Of a stretch of DNA of 64,000 bases, positions 34,334 through 45,700 are shown piece after piece. The notes beneath the pieces were generated by a model. The model was not told the origin of the DNA, ran no database searches, and saw only the letters and a list, made by a program, of their open reading frames with translations. Positions within the stretch are counted from its first letter, which is position 1. Every line of letters starts with the position of its first letter. This DNA comes from a virus, in the IMG/VR virus record IMGVR_UViG_3300017761_003320, positions 64,001-128,000 of that record; one strand, 5' to 3'. Position numbers and translations under genes: made by a program.

Positions 34334-35575
34334 ATGCCGATTCGTTCACCTGAGTGGATGGGAAACAACGGGTTTGTATGGTTTGTCGGAATCGTCGAAG
34401 ATAGATTTGACCCTCTTGGTATAGGTCGAGTTCGTGTTAGATGTTTTGGTTGGCACACCGAAAATAAAGAATCACTACCTACATCATCTCTGCCATGGGC
34501 TCAGGTTTTGATGCCAGCAAATTCGGCATCTATTAGTGGTGTCGGTTCATCACCAACAGGTTTAGCTGAAGGTAGCTGGGTTGTTGGATTTTTTATGGAT
34601 GGTAGTACTGCTCAGACACCTATGGTATTAGGATCATTTCACGGTGTTCCTGGTGATGCTGGTAATTCTTCGCAAGGATTTGGTGACCCATACGGAACAT
34701 ATCCTCTTGCTAAAGGTATACCTGATACATCTATGCTATCAATAGGTAATGATGCATATTTGGAGCATCCTAATACTAAAGATCGTATATCCACCAGAGT
34801 TACAGATGTGCCTGAGGCCGCAATACGTAAAGCATCATCTGTAGCCTTTGATGATACAGATGATACTACATATGAAACCCCAACTTGGAATCAACCTGAA
34901 TTACAGGGTCTTACTACACCACCATCATATCCTTTTAATCATGTTCGCACCACTGAATCTGGTCATACATTTGAAGTAGATGATACTGTTGGTGCTAGAC
35001 GTATACATGAATATCATGCATCTGGGACTAATAGAGAAATTATAGATGATGGAACCAGAGTCACTCGAATAATTGGTGATGATTATGAAATTGTTGTTAG
35101 AGATAAAAAAGTAATTGTATTTGGATCATGTAGCGTAACTATTGCTGGTGATGCTAGATTAAGAGTTGACGGTGATTTAATTCATGAAATTTTAGGTAAT
35201 TATCATTTGAGTGTCAAAGGAGATATGATTTCTAAAATAGAAGGCAATCGTAGCACAGAAATTTTAGGATCAGAGATAACACAGATCAATACAAATGATT
35301 CAAAAACTGTTGGTGGTACAAGAAACAGAGTAGTTGGATCAACAACCATAGAAACCTATGGTGATGCCATACAAAAGACCATTGGTGGAAATGTTACAGA
35401 GATAATCAAAGGTGACAAGCTTGTTGCAACTTCAGGCAAGACAACACATTTGGCAGGAACATCTATGGAAGTCGGCGCTGGTACAGATATGACATTAGCA
35501 GGTAAATCAACAGTGACAGTCAATTCTATAGGTCCAACCACAATCAAAGGTTCAAGAGTGGATTTAAACCCATGA
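34334..35575 (+). CDS. Baseplate central spike (T4 gp5-like; no lysozyme domain)
   Basis: WFVGIVEDRFDP..GRVRVR, LPWA, YPFNHV..TESGH; beta-helix repeats; ends DLNP. Confidence 0.92.
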   Translation: MPIRSPEWMGNNGFVWFVGIVEDRFDPLGIGRVRVRCFGWHTENKESLPTSSLPWAQVLMPANSASISGVGSSPTGLAEGSWVVGFFMDGSTAQTPMVLGSFHGVPGDAGNSSQGFGDPYGTYPLAKGIPDTSMLSIGNDAYLEHPNTKDRISTRVTDVPEAAIRKASSVAFDDTDDTTYETPTWNQPELQGLTTPPSYPFNHVRTTESGHTFEVDDTVGARRIHEYHASGTNREIIDDGTRVTRIIGDDYEIVVRDKKVIVFGSCSVTIAGDARLRVDGDLIHEILGNYHLSVKGDMISKIEGNRSTEILGSEITQINTNDSKTVGGTRNRVVGSTTIETYGDAIQKTIGGNVTEIIKGDKLVATSGKTTHLAGTSMEVGAGTDMTLAGKSTVTVNSIGPTTIKGSRVDLNP

Positions 35576-35597
35576 TAAAAATATTAGGTATCATATC

Positions 35598-36380
35598 ATG
35601 AGCGGAACTAGAACTGCCATAGCTGTCGCAGCGACTGCTGCTGTAGCCGCTCTTGCTTTACGAGAATTGAGATCGGCAAATACTTCACCTGGAGCTACAC
35701 CAAATTGTGCTGCTGGTCCTTTAGCTGAAGTGTCTCGACAATTATCTCAGGTTTCATCCGCACTTAACAATGCTGTACAATCATTGGCCTCATTACCTAG
35801 CCAAATTGAAAGTCAAGTTAATGCGGCAATCAACAGTGCTCTTAGTACTGCAATTGGTCCAGTGCGAACTCAAGCAAATGCGATTGCAAATGAATTAAAT
35901 CAGCTTTTACAGTTTTTAAATGATCCCGCTAGATTTCTAGCACAGTGGATCAATATGCAAACATTATTTCCAAATTTGGATCTCCGTTCATTAGTTAATC
36001 GTCTATTATCAGGTCTTGGTGTATGCGCCGCCTCTAATTCGCCACCACCATCGACTAATTCTGCTGTTGCCGGACCTCCACCAGCCCAGCAAGCACAACC
36101 CCCACAAGCTAATTCTTCACCAAATTCATCAGTCGTTGCTCAAGGGTCAGCACTTCCTATTCCTGTAACAGTGCAACCACTATCTGGCCCACAGCCTTCT
36201 TCTGCACAGAATACATTAGGCGCACTTAGATTTCAAGAATCAGCAAGATTAGAAGTTCAAAGATATAGACTTCAATTAGAACGTTCTTTTACGTCTGATC
36301 CAACTGAAAGGCAGAGATTGCAATCCGAAATAGATGATATTCGAGACCGTTTATCATCATTAGCAGCTCCAACTAGCTAA
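35598..36380 (+). CDS. Hypothetical baseplate-associated protein (lysine-free)
   Basis: Between gp5 and gp25; hydrophobic N-terminus, helical, Pro/Ser/Gln linker. Confidence 0.6.
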   Translation: MSGTRTAIAVAATAAVAALALRELRSANTSPGATPNCAAGPLAEVSRQLSQVSSALNNAVQSLASLPSQIESQVNAAINSALSTAIGPVRTQANAIANELNQLLQFLNDPARFLAQWINMQTLFPNLDLRSLVNRLLSGLGVCAASNSPPPSTNSAVAGPPPAQQAQPPQANSSPNSSVVAQGSALPIPVTVQPLSGPQPSSAQNTLGALRFQESARLEVQRYRLQLERSFTSDPTERQRLQSEIDDIRDRLSSLAAPTS

Positions 36381-36407
36381 TAAATATACCATTAACGGAG
36401 AGGTTTC

Positions 36408-36806
36408 ATGGCAGGTGCAATTAAAACTCCTGTGTTTAAGGATTTTGACCTGAACATGAAGGTCCATCCTGTCACAGGTAAGCTAATAATTAGAAAAAAT
36501 TCCGAATCTGTCAAGCAGGCCATAAGAAACCTTGTATTGACCGATAAAGGTGAAAGACCCTTTCGACCATTATTTGGTTCTGATATCCGATCAAGGCTAT
36601 TTGATTTATATGATCCGGCAACAGAATCTAATATAACAGCTGATGTAACTTTAGCAATAGAAAATTATGAAGAACGCGCATTATTATTAGGTGTTGGGGT
36701 TGCTGGTGATCCTGATAATAATAATCTAAGGGTTAATATAACTTTTCGTACTATAAGCTCTGAAATTCCTAATACTCTTACCCTATCTCTGGAGGCCATA
36801 CGCTAA
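36408..36806 (+). CDS. Baseplate wedge subunit (T4 gp25-like)
   Basis: DFDL...HPVT, SVKQAIRNLVLT..GERPF and IENYE motifs. Confidence 0.92.
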   Translation: MAGAIKTPVFKDFDLNMKVHPVTGKLIIRKNSESVKQAIRNLVLTDKGERPFRPLFGSDIRSRLFDLYDPATESNITADVTLAIENYEERALLLGVGVAGDPDNNNLRVNITFRTISSEIPNTLTLSLEAIR

Positions 36807-38656
36807 TGGCTACAAATAATGCGCTAACTGTAACAGGTCTTGATTTTGATACAATAAGATTAAACCTGCGTAATTTTTTAGCAGGCAAGCCTGATTTTGC
36901 AGATTTTGATTTTGAAGATTCTGCCATAGGCACACTAATCGATTTGCTAGCATATAACACATATTATAATGCATTTTATGCAAATATGGCTGCTAATGAA
37001 GGATTTTTAGATACAGCGCAGATTTACGAAAATGTAGCATCTCGCGCAAAAATGTTAGGGTATCTACCAACTTCAGCACGTGGTCCAACTGCTAATGTTT
37101 TGATTAATTTTAGTGTTCTTGCCAATTCTACCTTTAGAACTATATCAATTAACAAAGATACTCAATTTAGAAGTACTGTCAACGGGGTATCTTATACATT
37201 CGTCACACCTCAAACATATGCAATATATGCAAATTCATCAAATCGCTTTAGTGGTTATATAAACATCACCGAAGGAACACCTCTAACTCATCGGTTTCTA
37301 TTTTCAGCATCTAATACATCATTTGTATTACCAAATGCAAATACTGATACATCAAGCATAACTGTTGCAGTCACTACAGCAGGAAATACGCAGACATATA
37401 TTGTCGCTAATGATCTGAATACTGTCAATGCAATATCTAAGGTATTTTTCATAGAACCAGATCGTGATAAGCTGTATAAGATTAGCTTTGGTGATGGTAT
37501 AATGGGCGTTAAGCCATCATTTAATAGCACGGTATCGGTATCTTATCGAGTATGTAATGGTATTCGCGCTAATGGTGCGAATAATTTTACTGCTATTGGA
37601 ACTGTTGGTGGCCAAAATAGTTTTACACTCAGAACAATGAGTCGCGCTAATGATGGTGCGGAACCCGAATCTATCGAATCAATTCGATTTAATGCTCCTC
37701 GTTTATATGAAACCCAAAATCGCGCGGTTACGAGAGAAGATTATCGTCGCTTAATTTTACGCGATAATCCTGATCTTGGTGCTGTGAATGTATGGGGTGG
37801 TGAAGAAAATGATCCACCAATTTACGGTAAAGTATATGCAGCCGTCAAACCAAAAGTTGGTACTCTAATCTCTACAAATCGTAAAGAACAGATTAAAGCT
37901 GGAATCAGACAATATAATGTACAGTCGATTGACTTAGAATTGGTTGATCCGACATATCTTTATGTAGTGCCAACATTAACTACCAGATATGATCCAACTC
38001 AAACAACATTGGCTGCTTCTGAAGTTGTCGCAGCTATTGCAAATAAAATTATAAGCTATGAATCTACAAACCTCAATAGATTTGATGGTAGATTTAGATT
38101 TTCTAGATTTTTGGATTTTATAGATTCGGCCGATGCTTCAATCGCATCAAGCACAGGTAAGATTCAAGTACAGAAGAAATTTAAACCTTCTACTACAGCA
38201 CAAAATACATATACCATAACTTTTAATCGAGCATTATTTCATCCTAGTGCAGGGTATGTGTCAGCAGTATCATCTACATCATTTACGTTAGAAGGACAGA
38301 CATGCTTTTTTGATGATGATGGATATGGTAACCTTAGAGTATATTATGTTTCTCAAGGTTCTAAGAATTTTGTGCGAACTTCAATTGGTACTGTAGATTA
38401 TGTAAACGGTATCATTAAAATCAATTCATTCCTACCGACAGCTATTGGTAATGGTGGTGAAATCGATCTACGTGTTGAGATCGAAGAATATAACGTATCT
38501 CCAGTGCGTAATCAGATTCTTCTAATTGCTGGTTCCAAAATAACTCTGATCAATGATAATACTGGAGCCATCGATGCAAGACTTGAAACAGTATCTACCT
38601 TAGGTAATACAACAAGTCTTAATTCATCATCAATCGCACAGCTGACAGCTTATTGA
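36806..38656 (+). CDS. Baseplate wedge subunit (T4 gp6-like)
   Basis: LDFDTIR, DFDFEDS, LLAYNTYY, FGDG, QNRAVT and WGGEENDPP motifs. Confidence 0.95.
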   Translation: MATNNALTVTGLDFDTIRLNLRNFLAGKPDFADFDFEDSAIGTLIDLLAYNTYYNAFYANMAANEGFLDTAQIYENVASRAKMLGYLPTSARGPTANVLINFSVLANSTFRTISINKDTQFRSTVNGVSYTFVTPQTYAIYANSSNRFSGYINITEGTPLTHRFLFSASNTSFVLPNANTDTSSITVAVTTAGNTQTYIVANDLNTVNAISKVFFIEPDRDKLYKISFGDGIMGVKPSFNSTVSVSYRVCNGIRANGANNFTAIGTVGGQNSFTLRTMSRANDGAEPESIESIRFNAPRLYETQNRAVTREDYRRLILRDNPDLGAVNVWGGEENDPPIYGKVYAAVKPKVGTLISTNRKEQIKAGIRQYNVQSIDLELVDPTYLYVVPTLTTRYDPTQTTLAASEVVAAIANKIISYESTNLNRFDGRFRFSRFLDFIDSADASIASSTGKIQVQKKFKPSTTAQNTYTITFNRALFHPSAGYVSAVSSTSFTLEGQTCFFDDDGYGNLRVYYVSQGSKNFVRTSIGTVDYVNGIIKINSFLPTAIGNGGEIDLRVEIEEYNVSPVRNQILLIAGSKITLINDNTGAIDARLETVSTLGNTTSLNSSSIAQLTAY

Positions 38657-38657
38657 T

Positions 38658-41141
38658 ATGAGCATTTCTGGCGCCGAAGAAACCTTTAAAAAGATTTCAC
38701 CTCTTATTGAATCGCAGTTTCCTGCATTCATAAGAGAGGATGGCCCAAGATTCGTATCATTCCTAAAAGCTTATTATGAATATTTGGAGCAAACTGGAAA
38801 AGCTGGAGATGCTACCAGAAGCTTAGTAGATTATCAAGATATTGACCGTACATTAGATTCTTTTGTTCAATATTTTCAGCGCGAATTTATGCTGAATATA
38901 CCGCAGAATGTATTAGCGGACAAAAGACTTCTTGTAAAGCATATTAGAGATTTTTATCGAACAAGAGGTTCAGAATTTTCATATAAATTTCTGTTTCAAG
39001 CATTATTCAATAAAGATATTGAAATTATATACCCTGGTGATTATATTCTTAGAGCTTCTGACGGTCGTTGGGTAAAAGAAACTATAGTTCGAGTAGGTCC
39101 CCCATTTAGTGCTAACCCTACCGTATTTGATGGTCAGATTATTACAGGACAGATATCTGGTGCGGTTGCGCGTGTTCAAAAAGTTTCGCAGGTTACAATA
39201 TTAGGTCAAGAACTATATGAATTTTTGGTTGAAGATGTCACTGGTAGATTTTGGGATGGTGAAATTGTTACAAATCCGCTAGGTGATACGGCCACTGTAT
39301 CATCTCAATTTGGTAGTGTTGTTGATATAGAACAGATTGATAATCCTGGTGCATTTCACGCGGCAGGTGATAATGTCATCATAACATCGGCCGGAGCGAT
39401 TGCTTCAGCCAGAGTTACGTCAACAAATGATATTGGTCCAATTTCTTTTAGAATTAATAGAGGTGGTAGCGGCTATCGATTAGGCCAAAGCATCATAAGT
39501 TTAACCGGAGGATCAGGCACAGGGGCGGCCGCAACTGTTACGTCTCTTTCAAATACTACATTTGTAAGTTTAAATACTGATGCTATATCACCATTGCGTA
39601 ATGTTGTGCTTAATACTGGATCAACCTTTGTATCTCTTGGTACTAATACTGCTTCTGTATCTGCAAATTTGGCAACTGCTAATATAAGTTCGGTAATAGG
39701 TGCAAAATTAAAATTTGCTAATTCAATTGCCGGTTCAATTAATGCTATATCTGTATCAAGCGTAGGTGTGAATTATACTTCTGAATTACCAACCGTTACA
39801 GTTAGAGATCAAGTTGTATTTGAACAAAACATTTCAGGTCAAAATGGTAGATTTAAAGGTGATGACGCAGTAATCATTGCTATTCGTGCGCCAGGTGCTA
39901 TAACGGGTCTTGATATAATATCATCTGATCCATCATTTGACAATTTAACAACTGCATCAGTGATAAATTCTCGTGGAACAACTTCAACTACTGATTCATA
40001 TACAGACAATGCTGGTAGAACAAGATTTACAATACGTAATGAGACTTATAGTGCAACAATTAAGCCTGAAGTTTCAGCTGTTATTACTTTACCAGGTCGC
40101 TATATCGATACCAAAGGTTTCTTGAGTTGGAATATGCGACTTCAAGATAATGATTTTTATCAAGAATATTCTTATTTGATAAGAGTAACAGAGATTGTTG
40201 ACAAATATAGAGATGTTGTAAAGAGAGTATTACATCCTGCCGGTTCAAAGATGTTTGGTGCTTATGTATTTACAGCTTCTAATATGAATCATATTGATCA
40301 TTCAATAACAGGTATAGAATCTACTAAAAAACCTGTCACTCTTGATGTAAGCAAAGCTGCCGTTAATACTTCTGTGAATTTTTCTGTGGCCGCGGAGGAA
40401 AGTCAACCAGTAGGTTTGACATTTAGCCCATCAGGTAGAAAAATGTATATGATTGGACAAAATAATGATAGAATATATCAATATAATTTGACAACCGCAT
40501 TTAATACATCAACAGCTTCATATTCATCAAAAAGCATTTCAATAGCCAATACAACTACATCCGGCCCCGGAGATACAGCACCAACCGATGTAAAATTTCA
40601 TCCTGAAGGTCATACAATGTATATTGTTGGTACCGTTAGTGATAGAGTTTATCAATATACACTATCAACCGCATGGGATGTATCTACAGCAACATATGCA
40701 TCCAAAACTGTGTTAGTATCATCACAAGACACCGCACCACAGTCTCTTGAATTTGGTGATAATGGTTCTAAGATGTATATGTTAGGTTCTACAAATGATA
40801 GAATATATCAATATACATTATCGACCCCATGGGATGTATCAACTGCATCATATGCATCTAAGTTCTTATCAGTATCTTCACAAGAGGCAAGTCCTTTAGG
40901 TATGGCATTTAGTTTTGATGGAACCAAAGTATTGGTTGTAGGTTCTAACAATGATACTGTATATCAATATAATTTGACTACAGCTTGGGATATTTCAACT
41001 GCTTCTTATTCAGGTAAGAGTTTGAGTGTATCTACTGAAGAAAGTGTGCCGCATGGTATAGCTCTTAGCTTGGATGATAGCAAATTATTTGTGGTAGGTA
41101 CCGGTACAGATACGGTTTATACCTATCTAAGGTCATCCTAA
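38658..41141 (+). CDS. Baseplate wedge initiator (gp7-like) with C-terminal beta-propeller repeats
   Basis: QFPAFI..FLKAYYEYLE, LQDNDFYQEYSY and HPAG motifs; YQYxLxTAWDxSTAxY repeats. Confidence 0.8.
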   Translation: MSISGAEETFKKISPLIESQFPAFIREDGPRFVSFLKAYYEYLEQTGKAGDATRSLVDYQDIDRTLDSFVQYFQREFMLNIPQNVLADKRLLVKHIRDFYRTRGSEFSYKFLFQALFNKDIEIIYPGDYILRASDGRWVKETIVRVGPPFSANPTVFDGQIITGQISGAVARVQKVSQVTILGQELYEFLVEDVTGRFWDGEIVTNPLGDTATVSSQFGSVVDIEQIDNPGAFHAAGDNVIITSAGAIASARVTSTNDIGPISFRINRGGSGYRLGQSIISLTGGSGTGAAATVTSLSNTTFVSLNTDAISPLRNVVLNTGSTFVSLGTNTASVSANLATANISSVIGAKLKFANSIAGSINAISVSSVGVNYTSELPTVTVRDQVVFEQNISGQNGRFKGDDAVIIAIRAPGAITGLDIISSDPSFDNLTTASVINSRGTTSTTDSYTDNAGRTRFTIRNETYSATIKPEVSAVITLPGRYIDTKGFLSWNMRLQDNDFYQEYSYLIRVTEIVDKYRDVVKRVLHPAGSKMFGAYVFTASNMNHIDHSITGIESTKKPVTLDVSKAAVNTSVNFSVAAEESQPVGLTFSPSGRKMYMIGQNNDRIYQYNLTTAFNTSTASYSSKSISIANTTTSGPGDTAPTDVKFHPEGHTMYIVGTVSDRVYQYTLSTAWDVSTATYASKTVLVSSQDTAPQSLEFGDNGSKMYMLGSTNDRIYQYTLSTPWDVSTASYASKFLSVSSQEASPLGMAFSFDGTKVLVVGSNNDTVYQYNLTTAWDISTASYSGKSLSVSTEESVPHGIALSLDDSKLFVVGTGTDTVYTYLRSS

Positions 41142-41176
41142 AGTCTAATAAATAATTTGTCTATGGTGAGGACCTC

Positions 41177-42745
41177 ATGACTAATCTAATAACTCCTTCA
41201 TTTCGTATAAACACATCCGAACAATTTAAGGAAGCTTTTTCTGAAGCTAGCCCTACTCGGATGTATATGTTTGTGGGTAGAATAACTCCATATTCAAATG
41301 ATCAAGTTGCTACAGCAACATCAAATACACTTACGGCCACAACTTTTGATGTATATAAAGATATGGTCGCATTAAAACGTATAAACACAACTGATATCAT
41401 ATCCATTGCACCCAGATATAACTGGACAACTGGCACAGTTTATATCCAATATGACAATTCAACAACTAATTTGTTTGATAAACAATTTTATGTTCTTACA
41501 TCAGATAATAATGTATACAAATGCATTGATAATAATCGAGGTGCCGCATCTACTGTCGAGCCGACAGGCACAAGTACATCAATTATAACAACCTCTGACG
41601 GATATCGTTGGAAATTTCTGTATACAGTAACTACAGCTGATGCACAAAAATTTCTCACAACCACTTATATTCCAGTAAGAGAAGTTACAGCAAATAATGG
41701 TAGCGCACAATGGTCTGTGCAGCAAGCCGCGGCCAATGGTTCTATTGAACATATTGTAATTACATCAAATGGTGCTGGCTATATCAGTACATCAAATTCA
41801 TTTTTATCTATCACTAGCTCTAGCATAGTTCAATTATCAAATAATGCACTTCAGGTTGATGGTGCTTACGTTGGTTCATCAATATACATTTCATCAGGAT
41901 TGGGATCTGGTCAGCTACGTCGTATTATACGATATACTGGTACGGGTCGCACGGTCACTGTCAATTCTGCATTTTCTGTGACACCAAATACTACATCTAA
42001 GTATATAATTGCTCCTGCGGTAATAGTTAGCGGAGAAGGTGGAAGTCACACTGCTGTTCGAACAACAGCTTATGTTTCAAATTCTGTTGGCGGACAAATT
42101 AGAAAGATAACAATTTTAACTAATGGTAGAAATTATGGTTATGCTAATGTTAATATAATCGCAAATTCTACATATGGTTCTGGGGCCGCGGCCAGACCTG
42201 TAATATCTCCGCGTAACGGTCACGGTTCAAAAGCTAAAGATGAACTTAATGCCAAAGATGTCATGATGTCAATTTCCGTATCAGGTGGTGAATCAAATAC
42301 ATTTCCAACTAATAATGATTTCAGAACCATTGGTGTGATACGCGATCCAGTACTTAGATCAGGCCCTGTTGCTAATTCATCGGTTATTGATCAGTGTCAT
42401 AGAATAATTGTTCAAAATGTTACAGGTGACTATACGGCCGATGAAGTAATAACTGGTGGAACTAGTGGTGTAAAAGGTAGAGTTGTATATTTTGCAAATA
42501 CAAATGCTGCTAGAACAAAAGGTATTCTTCGAGTAATTCGTGTCACCACGGATGGTATAGGTAGAGGATTTTCACAAACTGAAACATTAACAGCGGCATC
42601 TTCTGGTGTTACGGCTTCAGTTATAAACGTAGTCAAGCCAGCTATCAGAGAATATACGGGAGATGTCTTATACATAGAAAACAATTTACCTGTATCAAGA
42701 AGAACCGATCAGGTTGAAGAATTTCGCTTCGTCGTGACGTTCTAA
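41177..42745 (+). CDS. Baseplate wedge subunit (gp8-like)
   Basis: FYVLT...VYKCIDNN, DGYRWKFLY, GHG and NDFR motifs. Confidence 0.85.
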   Translation: MTNLITPSFRINTSEQFKEAFSEASPTRMYMFVGRITPYSNDQVATATSNTLTATTFDVYKDMVALKRINTTDIISIAPRYNWTTGTVYIQYDNSTTNLFDKQFYVLTSDNNVYKCIDNNRGAASTVEPTGTSTSIITTSDGYRWKFLYTVTTADAQKFLTTTYIPVREVTANNGSAQWSVQQAAANGSIEHIVITSNGAGYISTSNSFLSITSSSIVQLSNNALQVDGAYVGSSIYISSGLGSGQLRRIIRYTGTGRTVTVNSAFSVTPNTTSKYIIAPAVIVSGEGGSHTAVRTTAYVSNSVGGQIRKITILTNGRNYGYANVNIIANSTYGSGAAARPVISPRNGHGSKAKDELNAKDVMMSISVSGGESNTFPTNNDFRTIGVIRDPVLRSGPVANSSVIDQCHRIIVQNVTGDYTADEVITGGTSGVKGRVVYFANTNAARTKGILRVIRVTTDGIGRGFSQTETLTAASSGVTASVINVVKPAIREYTGDVLYIENNLPVSRRTDQVEEFRFVVTF

Positions 42746-42760
42746 GGATAGGAAATACAG

Positions 42761-45700
42761 ATGGCGTCTATTGCTAATACCGTCACGATTTCGACAAACC
42801 TTAATGTCGATCCGTATTATGATGATTTTGATGAATCAAAGAATTTTCATAGAATTTTATTTCGTCCTGGTCTAGCTGTTCAGGCGCGTGAACTTACTCA
42901 AGTTCAATCTATTTTACAAAATCAGATTGATAGATTTGCTGAGCATATTTTTAAAGAAGGTAGCGTTATTCGTGGATGTCAAACCCTTCTTGATAAAGAT
43001 GTATTGTTTATTAAATTAAGAGATAGAGCATCGAATGGAACAACCACGGTCAATGTATATTCATTTTTAAATAAAACTATCACGGGTGTAACTTCAGGAG
43101 TATCTGCTAGCGTTATTAAAGTTAATGACGGGTCAGAAGCAAATACACCAAACTATAAAACACTTTTTGTTAAATTGACGGGCGCCAATGGCCCTATTCG
43201 TATGTTTTCAAATGGCGAAATTATCAATTCAACAAGTGGTGGATTTACTGCTAATTTAATTAGCTCTGGGGCTACTGGATTTTCGGCCCTGATGAAAATA
43301 TCATCAGGTGTAATCTTTGCAAAAGACCATTTTGTTCGTACAGATGACGATCTTTTAGTTTTATCGAAATATTCATCTAATACATCTGGGAGAATTGGTT
43401 TTAATGTAATAGAATCTATTGTTAAAGAATCTGATGATTCTACATTGTTGGACCCTGCATCAGGTTCATATAACTATGCCGCGCCAGGCGCAGCAAGATT
43501 AAAATTATCTGCTAGATTTGTTACAATTGGTTTGAATGAAACTGCAAGTAATAATTTTATAGAACTTGTTCAGTTAAAAGATGGTGTAATTCAATCACAA
43601 TCAGATACTCCACAATATGGTCTATTGCGTGATTATTTTGCAAAACGCACTTATGATGAATCAGGTAATTATGTAGTAAAGGGCCTAAATCCTAGACTTC
43701 GCGAACATTTATTAAGCGCGAATAACCAAGGGGTATATACTTCTGGTGAAGGTGGAGATTCAGCAAAACTTGTCGTAGAACTTACTCCAGGTAAAGCCTA
43801 TGTGCAAGGTTATGATATTGAAACTTTACAGAGTGCTAGAGTAGCGATTGATAAAGCAAATGATTATGCTTCAGTATCATCGGCTTCTACCATTATCGAT
43901 TATGGTAATTATGTCATAGTTGACAATATTGTTGGTAATTGGGGTGTAAATTCGCAAGCTTTAGTAAGTCTGCGGGCCCAGCAAGCTAATGCCGTATCCA
44001 CATTATCATATTCAACAACATCATTACCGTCAACACAAATTGGTACAGCTCGGGTTCGTTCTTTAGAACATTATAGTGGCACTCCGGGGTTACCTTCAGC
44101 TCAGTATAAGCTATATCTGACTGATATTAATATGAATTCCGGATTTGGCTTTACAAATGTACAATCCATAGGATATGATGGTGGTGCAGGCACTGCACTT
44201 GGTAAGGCTGATATACTTGGTTCTAATGGTCTTAATGCTAATACCTCAGAATCAGCATTTGATAGGGCCGTTTTTAGATTACCTGCAAAATATATTAGGC
44301 GTCTGAGAAGTACTTCAGGTACAGTAGTATCTGATTTTAGATTTAAGAAATCATTTGATATTACTTTTGGTACTGCAGGTACTGCAACGGTTACAACAGG
44401 TTTAGCTAGCGAAACGTTCTCAGGATCAGGTGCATTATCTGCATCTCTTGGAAGAGCAAATTATTATGTGGTTGCGCGAGGGTCGGGTAATACCGGTGCA
44501 ATTGGCACACTGCGGTTAAGCACAACAAGTGGATCCAATACAATAACGCGTTCAAATAGCTCCATTGATTTGACCACACGTATTAGTCCAGGCGAATTGA
44601 TTCGTGTTGCAAATACCGGTGATTTCATTGTAACATCTGTATCTGCATCATCTTTGACGACTCTTTCTACAGCAAGCGCAACCAGAACAGGTATGAGGGT
44701 TCACAAGCTAATTAAGCAAGGTCAAATTTTAGATTTTGGCGGAAGCGGTGGTCTTGCTGGCACAGCTCGTAGCATAACTGTATCATCATCTACTCAAACT
44801 GATTTTGATCTTAAAGAAACTCTTGGTTCATCTATCAATGCTACTGTGATAGCAGAGTTAAACAAAGTTGATGGACAAGAAGCATCTAAGACAGTTAACC
44901 GTAACCGACTGGTTCAAATTAGAGTTGGGTCTGGTGGTGGTACATCATATGTGGCCAATACTACAGGGCCCTGGCCTCTTGGATTATCAGATGGTTTTAA
45001 ATTATTATCTGTACGCAAAAAGTCCGGGTCTAATTTTGCCAGTCTGACTGAAGGTACTGACGTAACAAATAGCTTTGTGCTTGATTCAGGTATGAATGAT
45101 AGCTATTACAGTCATGCACAATTAGTTAAAAAGCCTGGTGCTGGGATTAGCATATCTTCTGGTGATAGATTGCTTGTAAAGCTTGATTATTTTATACATA
45201 GCTATTCAACTGGTGTAGGATATTTTTCTGTAGATTCTTATCCTGTGAGTGATGCAACTGCAGGAACAGATACCACAAAAATTTATACATATGATATACC
45301 AAGATTTACATCACAACGTACAGGTATCCTTTACGATCTTAGAGATTGTATTGATATACGTCCAAGAATGACGGATACTGCAAACACGGTTACCTCGCTT
45401 TCAAATATATCAATAAATCCAAAACTATCAACATCCTTTGATCAACCGTCCGGTGGTCTGCGATTTATGTCAACTGGTGATACATTTACTACGGATCTTG
45501 ATTACTATCTGTATAGAAATGATAGAATAGTTTTGGATCGTAAAGGTATATTTTCTCTAGTAAGAGGCGTTCCATCCAATAATCCGACAACACCGGATGA
45601 ACCATTGGATTCCATGTCTATTGCTACTATAAATTTAACTCCATATCCATCTCTGCCTGATGAACAAGCACGTAGAGTCGGAAGAACAGATCTTGCATCT

